Below are positions 1 to 9,872 of a stretch of DNA of 20,000 nucleotides, piece by piece. Below the pieces are notes generated by a model. The model made no database searches and had not been told where the DNA came from. It worked only from the letters and a program-made list of their open reading frames with translations. The stretch is taken from NCBI GenBank assembly GCA_943704415.1, contig CALSCO010001328.1:47287-67286 (forward strand). Reading direction: 5' to 3'. Source of the stretch: Parvularia atlantis. Its lineage: Eukaryota. The first letter of the stretch is position 1, and every line of letters begins with the position of its first letter. Made by a program: the position numbers and the translations under genes.

Positions 1-30
1 GCTGACACGGTACACGCGCGGGTGCGGCAG

Positions 31-78
31 GTGTGGGAGCACGACCACCGCCTCGCGCGGAAGCTGGGCGGGCAGTGA
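31..78 (+). CDS. Probable terminal exon of an upstream gene (VWEHDHRLARKLGGQ*), product unknown
   Basis: Preceded by CTGAC (2-6) and a CAG acceptor ending at 30, as in other introns here; host-like codons to TGA 76-78. Phase 0 is assumed. Confidence 0.5.
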   Translation: MWEHDHRLARKLGGQ

Positions 79-123
79 CGGATAGTGCTGTGTTTCAGCG
101 GGCTTGCCAGATGTTGCCCTCGC

Positions 124-1322
124 ATGACCTCGGCAAGGCTCAGACGGCCTCTACGTGATGGTCGCGATGGCGCAGCCGCCGTGATCGCTCCCATCGGTAG
201 GCTCGCCGCAGCTGGTGCCGCAGCGGCCGCCGTCAGCTCAGCCGTGAACGGCAACAAGCCCGAGGCCATTTTCAAGGACGCTGTCCTGGGCGCGGCCACC
301 GGTGGCCTCATCAACGTCACCGGCACTGCATTTCCCGGCGTCGTCGAGAACACGTTGGGCCACGCGGCCGTCGGCGCGGGCGTGGCTGCGGTCAAGGGCG
401 GCGACGTCGTGCAGGGCGCCGTGGCGGGGGCCGCAGGCTCCATCGGCCCGGGTGGCACGAACTGCCGGCATCTGTGCCCGAGTAGGTGCAGGTCATCGCT
501 GCGGCAGCCGCGTCGTTGGGCGCGGCGGCTGCGGCAGCGGGCGGCAACATCGCAGATGCTGTGATCACGGGCGCGCTCATCGGCGGGCTGAACCACAACC
601 TGCACAAGTTGCTGCCTGACGTCGCGAACCCGCCGACCGGCAAGCTCTCGCGCAAGTACGAGACGGGCACCGAAACCGGCGACGCAGGCGTCATCTCCTC
701 GGGCAAGGGTGACCATGGCGGCAAATCGTACGGCAGCTACCAACTCTCCTAGAAGAACAAGCAAATCGAGGCCTTCCTCAGCTTCGTCTCGGCTCAGTCC
801 GAGTACCAGCACATCGCGGCGCAGCTTGGCAAGAACAAGCCCTACTCGGACGAGTTTCACGCGAGCTGGAAGCAGGCGGCGAAGAACGATCGGCAGCTGT
901 TCAGCAAGGCTCAGCACGACTTCATTGTCAAGACGATGTACAAGCCAGCACTCGAGTAGATCACCGCGGCCACCCGCCAGCTGCCCGCGCCTCAGGCTGC
1001 CAGTGTGGACCTGAACAAGGCGTCGCAGACTCTGCATGAGGTCCTCTTCTCACTGGTCGTTCAGCACGGCTCGACTGGAGCGACCAACACCGTCAAGCAG
1101 GCTGCTGCAGCTGCTGGCGTGTCGGCTACCGAGCGCCAGCTCATCGACCGTACCTACGCCGAGCGCTCCCGGCATGACGACACCGGCAAGCTTGTCTACT
1201 TCAAGTCATCTCCCGACCTTCAGCATGGCCTTGAGCAGCGCTTCAAGACTGAGCGTGAGCGGGCGCTGTTTGAGTATGACCGGGAGACCGGTGGCCGCTG
1301 CACGGACAGCAAGTCGCCGTGA
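124..1322 (+). pseudogene. Bacterial polymorphic-toxin-like gene: Gly/Ala-rich pre-toxin region plus VgrG3 C-terminal-like lysozyme-fold muramidase; interrupted (pseudogene or TAG-recoded)
   Basis: One frame from 486 to TGA 1320-1322 reads GGNIADAVITGALIGGLNHNLH...GKLSRKYETG...ISSGKGDHGGKSYGSYQLS*KN...WKQAAKND...AQHDFIVKTMYKPALE*...LHEVLFSLVVQHG...TYAER...YFKSS...RFKTER, with TAG at 750-752 and 957-959 (also 483-485). The upstream Gly/Ala-rich part is in another frame, switching near 450. 5' boundary uncertain. Confidence 0.75.
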
Positions 1323-1400
1323 CCGACCCGGCGTCGTGTGTGTGACCTCTGTGCGCTGTGTGTGTGTCTGTCTGCACTCTAATCGTGTTCGCGACCCTCG

Positions 1401-3322
1401 ATGAGCCTCGCCCCGATCCCCGACCGCGTCCGCGACGTGCGCACGCGCGTCGAGCGCTTCATGGACGCGCACGTGTACCCGATCGAGCGCGCGGTGCTCG
1501 CGCGGGGCGCAGACGCGACGGCGCTGCTGCGCGCGGCGCAGGCCGAGGCGAAGCGGCAGGGTCTGTGGGGTGCGCCTTGCTGGATGTTTGCACCCAGGCG
1601 CGCTGCTGATCGCGGGCGCCGGCGCAGCGCTCGGCCACCCAAAGGAGGGGCGCGCACGCACGCGCGCACGCACGCATCGCGCTGACACCGATGCGAAGGG
1701 CAGATTGGCGGCGGCGGCCTGCCGTTCATGGACTACGTGCTGGTGAACGAGGTGCAAGGCCGGAGCGAGATCGGGCAGCTGTGCCTCGGTGTGCGCGCGC
1801 GTGTGCGCCGTGTGCGCCGTGTGCTCCGTGTGCCCCGTGTGCCCCGTGCGCTCGCTCACCCTGCCCGCAGGTACGTTCACGCTGCAGGACTCGCTCATGT
1901 TCCACGCGTACGGCAATGAGCACCAACGCGCCGTGTACCTGCGCGGTCTCGTCGAAGGCACGATGTCGCCGTCGTTCGCGATGGTGCGCGTGTGCGTGCG
2001 CGGCGGGGCACGGCCGCTTACGCGGATGCTGCGACAGACCGAGCCCGCCGTCGCGAGCAGCGACCCGACGAGCCTGCAGACGCGCGCCGTGCTCGAGCGC
2101 GACGGGACCAAGGGCGACCTCGTCTGGGTGATCTCGGGGCGCAAGTGGTTCACAACCAACGCCAACGGCGCGGCCTTCACGACGGTCATGTGCAGGTGCG
2201 TGCGCATGTGCGCTCGTGTGCGCGCGCGAGGGCTGAGCGTGCGCGTGCATGGGGCCAGAACCGAGTTTGACGACGACGTGCCGGCGCACGCTGTCTTCTC
2301 GATGATCGTCGTCCCGACCAACACGCCCGTGCGCGCCGCCTCCGTCCCGCGCGTGCGCGCGCGCTGCCTCTGACTGCGCACACAGAGCTACAAGATCGTG
2401 CGCGAGACGCCGGTGGTGCGCGCGTCTGCGGCGCTCGCATGGGACGCTCACAGCTCGCGCGTGCACAGCTGGGCATCCTCGGCGGGCACTGCGAGGTGCA
2501 CTTTGACAACGTGCGCGTGCCGGCCGACGCGCTGCTGGGCGAGCGCGGGCGCGGCTTTGAGATTGCGCAGGCACGCTCACCGCACAGCTCTGCTCTGCCG
2601 CGGCGCACCTGACCCGTGCCCGCCGCACGACAGCGCCGCCTCGGCCCGGGCCGCATCTTCCACTGCATGCGCTGGCTGGGCCAGGCGCAGCGCGCGTTCG
2701 ACATCATGTGCCGGCGCCTGCACGAGCGCAAGATCCGCGGCGGGTGCGCCCCTGCGTGCCGTTGCTGCACGCCCGCGCGCCGACACTCGCGACACAGGCA
2801 GACGCTCGCGCAGACGCAGCTGATGCAGCAGCACGTCTTCGAGTCGTACTGCGAGATCCAGGCGTGCCGGATGCTTACGCTCGCGGCCGCCGCGCGCCTC
2901 GACAGCGGCGACAGCGCGCGCGTGGACATCGCGGCGATCAAGGTCGTTGGCGCGGTGCGTTTGGCCGCCCCGGACGCCGTTGCACCGCTGAGCGTGCTGC
3001 GCCACGCAGCGCATGCTGCACAGCGTGATCGACCGGGCGATCCAGGCGCACGGCGCAGCGGGCCTGACCGACGACACGCCGCTGTCGTACATGTACCGCG
3101 CCGGTGCGCGCGCTCCTGCCGTACCTCCTGCCATCACTGACGCGCGCGCGCGCGCCGCAGCCCGCTTCGGCCGCATCTACGACGGCCCCGACGAGGTTCG
3201 TGCCGCACCGCACGCAGGCCCGCCGCCCCTGACACTCGCGACAGGTGCACGTCATCAGCACGGCCCGCCAGTTGCTGTCGGTCTACCGCAACGGCGGCAC
3301 GTGGGACTTTGCCAAGCTATGA
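1401..3322 (+). CDS. Acyl-CoA dehydrogenase (FadE2/ACAD10-11-like), 12 introns, C-terminal AKL (PTS1)
   Basis: Spliced motifs [96 protein letters not shown]; ends WDFAKL-TGA. Confidence 0.93.
1801..1845 (+). repeat. 9-bp tandem repeat (GTGTGCBCC)x5 in acyl-CoA dehydrogenase intron 3
   Basis: gtgtgcgcc gtgtgcgcc gtgtgctcc gtgtgcccc gtgtgcccc; the intron (1789-1870) is 82 nt, longer than usual. Confidence 0.85.
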
Positions 3323-3371
3323 CCGCCCGTGTCTGTGGTGCTTTTTCTTCTACCAGCGAGCGTGCTACCGC

Positions 3372-5194
3372 TCAACCAATCTTCTTGACTATCTGAACGA
3401 CGTCCTGCGCGGGCACGTGCGATCAACCAGCGCGCCGGCGCGTCGGCGAGCCGGAGCGCGCGCACCTCGTCCTCGAGCACGTGGTCGATGCCGACCTTTT
3501 GTGGGTTGTGCTTGACCGAGCTGCCCCAGATCCACGCGCTGTGCCGCACAGGCGGTGAGTTGCGTGCAGTGCGCGCTTCGCGCGCAAATGGCCACGCACT
3601 ACTTGAACTGTTCCTTCAGCCCCTTGTGGATGCTGTTGCAAAAGTCCAGCACCGTGTTCTTGCCGCGCTTGAGCACGACCGGCGCCTCGTAGTCCGGCAG
3701 CTGCCCGCGCGGCTTGGTGTAGCTGCGGGCGCGCTCAGCCGCCGCAGCCGCAGCCAAAGCGCCCGCAACGCACATGCGCACGAGGTCGAGGTACACCCAC
3801 GCCATATCAAGCAACTCGTCAAAGTTCCACTCGTGCTGCGTGCGCGTGCGCACCGCGTCAGCTGGCCAGTCACCGTGCTGCCCCCGCGACGCACATGCGA
3901 CGAGATCGGGCACGTGTGCGGCACGCGCGTAAGGATGTCTGCGCGCACAACGTCAGCGCCGCGCAACCGTCGCGCAAGCACATGTCCACACCGAGCTCCT
4001 GCACGGAGATCTGGTCGATCTTGTTGAGCACGTAGATGCACGGGATGTAGATGCTTGCGCGGCCGGCCGGTCAGGCGGACCCCCGCACGTGTGCCGTGTG
4101 CCGTGTGCCGCGCACCGGTTGCCCTCGATCACGTCAATCAGCTCCTCGGCCGACGCGTCTTGGCGGAAGACGATGTCGGCGTTGTGGATGCGGTACTCGC
4201 CGCAGATCGCCTTGACCTCTTCCGTCTCAAGCTTGGTAAGTGTGACCTGCACGCGCGTTCTTGGCTCAGCTTGCGCTGCGCTGCCGCTGTGCGCCCAACC
4301 GTGCTGCTGATGTTGAGCCCGCCCTTGTCCTTCTTGCGGAAGGTGATCGCGGGCGGCTTCGAGTTGAGGCGGATGCCGTAGCCCTCGAGCTCGGCCTCGA
4401 GGATCTTCTTGTGGCCCTGGCGCACCGCACGGGTCAGCGAGCGTCCAGCACGCCGCAAGCAAGGAGCCCACCAGCGGCTTGAGCACGTCGAGCACCATAA
4501 AGATCAGGCTGCACGTGCGGGCCACTAGGGTGCGCGGCGGTTGGCCTTTGTGACGCTGAGCGGCGTCGGCGACGCACCCGCGATGACCTGCCGTCCTCGC
4601 CCCTTGCCGTCCTTGGCGCCCTCAATGATGCCGGGCAGGTCGAGGATCTGCGTGGACGCGCAGCGTCAGCAGGCACCGCGCGCAACGAACACACGCACCT
4701 GAAACTTGGCGCCGCGCACCTGCAGCACCCCGGGCACCTGTGGCGCGTTGCGTCACGCTCGGTACAGCGCGCGCGCGCACACGTCCAAAGCGCACCGTCG
4801 TGAGCGTCGTAAACTCGTACGCGGCCACCTCCGAGTACGTGCCCGTGAGCTTGGTCATCAGCGTCGACTTGCCGACGGACGGGAAGCCTGCGCCGCGCGC
4901 ACGGTCAGCGCCTCCTTGTCTTCCACTTCAACGGCTGTGCGGACCGATGAAGCCGATGCGCGCCACGCCCGTCTTGGCCACGTCGAAGCCTGCGCGCGCC
5001 CTCACGGCATCAGCACGTGCCAGCGCTGAAGCCGCTCACACGCACGCACCCTCGCCCGGTCCGCCGCCGCCGCCGCCCTTCGGCTCGAGCAGCTCACGGC
5101 GCAGCTTGGCGACCTGGGCCTTGAGGCGCCCAAGGTGGTACGACGTCGCCTTGTTCTTCTGCGTCTTGGCCATCTCGGCCTCGATCTCCTGCAG

Positions 5195-5229
<35 letters not shown>

Positions 5230-5317
5230 GGCGCACGCGCGCGCACGGTGTGAGCGCCGGAGCGCACGACCGACCGGCGCGCAGCGGACGCACGGCGATG
5301 CGCTCAAGCACGCCCAT
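3372..5317 (-). CDS. DRG1: Developmentally regulated GTP-binding protein 1 (OBG family GTPase with TGS domain), 14 introns
   Basis: [59 protein letters not shown], the DRG1-type [51 protein letters not shown]. Confidence 0.96.
5195..5227 (-). repeat. G33 homopolymer (sense strand) in DRG1 intron 1
   Basis: 33 C on the + strand, 6 nt from the exon boundary; intron 5189-5293 is 105 nt. Confidence 0.8.
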
Positions 5318-5427
5318 GGCTCACGCGGTCTGTGTATGTCGCGGAAGTGTGCCGGCGCACCTCGAAGCTTCGCAGAGCCTTCGACCGTTACGGATACTTT
5401 TTTTTTCCAGTAAGGCAACCTTCAGAC
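5318..5427. promoter_or_regulatory. Probable bidirectional promoter region between DRG1 and the coiled-coil gene
   Basis: 110 nt between divergent ATGs, lower GC than its flanks, T9 tract at 5398-5406. Confidence 0.5.
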
Positions 5428-7784
5428 ATGCCGCTGTCGTCCGACCAAGGCGCGTGCGCGCCCGCGTACCCTGCTCGCTGCACGCAGGCTGCTGACGATC
5501 GCGCTGCTCGCAGTCAAGACGCCCAGCCGGCGCGCCAACCCGAGCATGAGCAAGATCCTCTCGCACGAGCCGCTCACGCCGCCGACCAAGCCTGACGCGG
5601 CGGCCAAGCTCACGTTCGAGGAACTGGCCGCACCGAGCAAGGAAAACGCGCCCGCGCCCTCCAGCAACGTCGCGAGCGTGCTCGGCGGCGCGCGCCCGGC
5701 CGCCAAGAAGACCGACCCGGTCGCCGCCGCCGTCGCCGACCCGACGGACGGCTCGCAGGCGCTCAAGTGCGCGCCTCGTCCTGCGCGCTGCTCGCCGCCG
5801 CGGCTGACGTGAAGCACAGGCGCAGCGGCATCCGCACGTTCCACGCGGGCGCGGCGCCGTCGACGGCTGCTGCCGTGGACGCGAGCGCCGACCGCGTCGC
5901 GCGCCTCGAGCAGCAGCTGATGGCGCTGCAGGAGGAGCAGCAGGTACTCAAGGCGCAGGCGCAGCAGGGTGCGTGCCGCGCCGTTTCCACATCGCACGAT
6001 CTCATGCGTCACCGGCGCGAGCAGAGGCCAAGGCGCACGAGGCCGCCGAGAAGCGCGTCGGTGAGAAGGTCGCCGAGGCGCAGCGGCTGCATCTGGCGGC
6101 GCAGCAGGGCACCGAGCGCATCGCTGTGCTGGGTGCAACCCCGGCGGGCGTGAACGTGCCGCTGCATGCTGACAACGACGTGGCACACAGAGAAGGAGCT
6201 CGAGGGCGAGCGCGCCAGCCGCCGCAACGACGCCAAGACGCACCAGGACGCCGAGGCGGCGGTGCAGTCGCAGCTCAAGAAGGAGCAGGCGCTGCGGTGC
6301 GATCTGCGCCTGCAGCACACGCAGCTGACATGAGCGGGCGTGCCCAACGCGACAGGCACAAGGCCGAGGCCGAGCTCTCGCGCGTCAACAAGCTGTACAG
6401 CGACGAGCTCCACAGCCGCTTGCAGAACGAGGCGCAGGCGCAATCGGTCAAGGTCGACCTCGAGAGCACGTCCAAGCGCCTTGAGGCGCAGGAGCAGAAG
6501 CTGTCGGACACGCAGAAGACGCGCACGCGCCGGTGCGCGCATGCTGCTCAACCACGCGCGCGGTGTCTCACGCCTTGCGCCAGCTCGCTCGACTTCCAGG
6601 AGGAGCGCAACCTGCGGCTGCAAGTGCAGGAGGACTTTGCGGCCTTCAAGGAGGAGACCAAGGGCGCGCTGGCCGTGCGCGACGCCCAGGTGATGCCGGT
6701 CGCCGTTGGTTTGGTGCTCGAGCTGACGCGAGACACGCAGATCGAGACGCTGCAGACCAAGCTCGCCGCGACCGAGGAGCAGCTCGCCATGGCCGACGGA
6801 GCAGTCAGCGTGGCCAACGCGGCCGCGACCAAGGCGGTGGCGCAGGTGGCCGAGCTCAAGAGCAGTCTTCTGGTTGCGACCGGCCGCGTCGCCGAGCTCG
6901 AACAGGTGCGCGAGCGTCCGGCGAGTGTGTACGGTCGCTCACGCCGGCCGCAGACGACCGCACAGCTACGCAACGACCTCACGGCCGAGCGTGCGGCGTA
7001 CCAGCGGCTCGAGCAGCAGTGTGCCGTCGACGCCAACAAGACGCGCGGCGCCATGGAGGCCGCGCAAGAGCGCATGCTGACCCACCGCGACGACGCCTTG
7101 ATGGCCCAGCGCGCGACGACGTCGAGCCAGGAGCAGCAGGCGCAGGAGCGGCGGGAACGCATGATGGTTCGTCTGCCGCCGTGCGGACAGGCACGCTGCT
7201 AAGCACGCGCTCCTGGCAGGCCCAGGACACGATCAGCCAGCTCATGGCCGTGCACGCTGAGCTGCAGCGCGAACTGGACCAGGAGCGCGTCGAGACGCGG
7301 CCGCTCTTGCAGCAGCAGCTGCAGGCGCGGGAGGTACGCGCTTGTGGAGTGATCGTGGGGCCGTTCGTGTGACGTGCGCCGCAGAGCGAGCTGGCCGCGT
7401 TGCTGCACCAGCTGCACGACGCGAGCGGGACGGTCGCGCAGCTGTCGAACGCGCGGCAGGACCTGCAGAAGCAGGTGTCGACGCTGCAGGAGGTGCACGA
7501 TTTGCGTTGAGTCGCAGCGCGCGATGCTGATCTGCTCTCCGGGCGCACGTACAGTCGCTCCAGCTCGCCCTCGCCGAGAACAAGGCGCTGTCTGAGCGCG
7601 TCGACGTGACCGAGAAGGCAGTCGAGGCCCAGAAGGAGCAGAACCGCGCCGACCGCGCGCGCATGGATAAGGGTGCGCCCGTGCGCGCGCCCAACAGCCG
7701 CGCGTCCTCACCCACGCACACGCACACGCAGAGATTGACATGCAGCAGCGCATGCTGCGCAGCACGTCGCGGACAGCCAAGTGA
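5428..7784 (+). CDS. Unknown long coiled-coil protein with Pro/Ala-rich N-terminus, 12 introns
   Basis: Consistent splicing gives a continuous E/Q/A/L-rich heptad-like sequence (RVARLEQQLMALQEEQQVLKAQ...IETLQTKLAATEEQL...EIDMQQRMLRSTSRTAK-TGA). A start at 5428 needs a GC-AG first intron; alternative ATG at 5546. Confidence 0.8.
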
Positions 7785-7916
7785 CGCGGCGTGCAACCTG
7801 TTCTCCCCCTCCTTGTGCTATGTGTGCCCGTGCAGAGTCCCCGAGTCCAGCAGCCAGTCTATATCGATAGTAGGCCTAACACGCGCGAAAAAAAAAAAAA
7901 GAAAACGCCCGGCGGC

Positions 7917-9770
7917 TCACAACCCCGGGTCTGCGCCGTCGTGCCGCTTGCCGGTCTCCTGCTCGAGCAGGTAGAGCAAATTTGGCAGCGTGTTGCGTAC
8001 GTCCTGCGACAGCGGCCCGCGCGCCATGAGCAGCTGCGCCGGCGCGCGTGTGTCAGCCTGCGTCGCCCGCACAGCGTGCGCACGCGTGAGCGCACCTGCT
8101 CTATACTCTTGTTCAGCAGAAACACGCCCTTCTCGAACCTGCTGCGCTCGACGCCCTTGCTGTACAGCGGGAACCTGTGCGCACGCAGCGCTCAGGCACG
8201 AGTGCTGGGGCGCGCGCATGCGCACTCTGCGTTGCTGAAACCGTCCTCGCGGATGGTCGAGCGCGAGCCCACCGGGTTGATGGTGAAGATCAGCGGCACG
8301 TCGCAGTACACGGCCATGGCCAGCACCACCTGGGACGTCCACCCGAGCGCCGTTGCGATCTGCTCCTCGTCGCACCCTGCACGACACGGCGGTGAGCGCG
8401 ACGCCGGGCAGCAGCCAGCGCCGCGCACCCTGGTAGTCGACGTTCGGCAGCAGCACGCCCATGATTGAGACGAGCGGCGCCGAGCCCTTGCCCGCCGCAA
8501 CCGCCTTGACCACGCGCAGCTGGAACACCTCCTGCAGCTGCCGCAGCAGCAAGGCGCGCCGCGTCCGCACCATCGCGTGGGTCTGCCGGAGGATCTCGCT
8601 GCAGTGACCGCCGTCAGCACCGGCCCAGCCTCAGCCGCGGCGCGCACCGGTTCTGCTGGATCTCGGTCGCGATCGTCCGCAACTCGGCCGTCTGCTTGCC
8701 CAGCCGCTCGCGCGCGACGTCCAGGTCGGCCGAGCGCCGGCGCAGGTTCTGCAGTCGCTGCTCGTTGCTCGCGCGGTCTGCGGCGGTCTGTGCTCAGAAG
8801 CTGCATGGCGCGCGCACGCAGTGCCTGCCCGTCGCACGTACGCGCTGCTGCGGCGCTCCGCACACGCTCGAGCTCGGCCGCGAGCCGGTCGCGGCGCTCG
8901 CGGTGGCTTGCGTGGAGCTGCATCACCGCCATCGTGTGTCCCGACAGGGCCATGCGCTTGTCGAGCTCAAGCGCCAGCGCCTGCTTGTGCACGCGCACGT
9001 CCAGCAACACGCGCAGCTTGACAAGGATGCTGCGCGGCCCGCGTGTGAGCGCCTGGGCCGCGTCGTGCATCACTCGCCCAGCGCGCACGTCGCCAGCGCG
9101 GCCTCGTTGTACGACTGCACGACGCGGCTCTTGTCGGCGCGCAGCAGGCCCAGCTTGTACTCGGGCTGCACGCCGTCCGCGGCGCCGTTCGCCGCGCTCG
9201 CCGCGCACGGGTCCAGCCCGAACCAGAGGCCGTTGACGCGGAACAGCAGCTCGTTCGCGCGCGTTGACGGCACCAGGTCCTTGAGCTGCGCGCGCGCACG
9301 GCTCGGCACACCCCGCACACGATGCAGGGCAGCGCCGCACGCACCTCCTCGCCCTGCGGCACCAGGCCGCGCAGGTCCACGACCCACTCGAGCAGGACGC
9401 GCCGTGTGGCGTCCGCGCCGTTGGCCGTGCTGGGCGGGTGCGCGTCGGGCACCCACCACACGCGCACGACCAGCGCTGTGCCCGCGAGGTCGACGCCGTC
9501 CGCGTACGCCGCGCTGCTGAACGGCGCCCACGACGGGTTCTGGGCGCGGGCGTGAGCCGCGCACACGAGAGCGCCTGCACGCACCATCGTTCCACGCAGC
9601 ACCTCGCTGCTGTAGTAGTGCGCGCCGCCGTCCGCGTGCAGCGTGAACGCCACGCCGCCACTGCTGCCGCCTCTGCTGCCGCCCGCGTGCCGCGCCAGGT
9701 TGCGCCCGACGAGCTCCGTGAGGTGCCGCAGCCGGCGCTGCGACGTCGACAGCCGCGCTGCTGCACTCAT
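7917..9770 (-). CDS. UVRAG: UVRAG/Vps38, PI3K class III complex II subunit, 8 introns
   Basis: N-terminal SQRRLRHLTELVGRNL, C2-like YYSSEV...NPSW...VVRVW...LLEWVVDLRGL, coiled coil, then DEEQIATALGW...YCDVPL...GSRSTI...FPLYSKGVERSRFEKGVFLLNKSIEQL. Confidence 0.9.
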
Positions 9771-9872
9771 GCCGTGCGGCTTCCCCGGTGCGTCACACCA
9801 GTGACTGGCGATATGCAATCGACTTGGTAGGCCTATGTGTATGACTTTGGCTTCGCGCGCCACCGGTCACGG

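Noticed and set aside
75..110. 36-nt GT..AG intron fusing the upstream exon to the toxin-like gene
   Set aside because: Shorter than the other introns here, no branch motif, and the following sequence is not protein-like.
750..959. A-to-I editing of TAG to Trp, or pyrrolysine
   Set aside because: Trp fits these polar contexts poorly and no Pyl machinery is visible; Gln or decay is more parsimonious.
1801..1845. CRISPR-like array
   Set aside because: Contiguous 9-bp minisatellite with no spacers, in a eukaryotic intron.
3599..3601. Apparent in-frame TAG in DRG1 (FK*)
   Set aside because: It is a split Tyr codon: TA|gtgcgt...cag|C.
5342..5349. ETS-like CGGAAGTG in the divergent promoter
   Set aside because: Single short match; ETS factors are essentially animal-specific.
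7888..7900. A13 tract as a retroposon tail
   Set aside because: No upstream element body or flanking duplication; more likely a U-rich 3' UTR tract of UVRAG.
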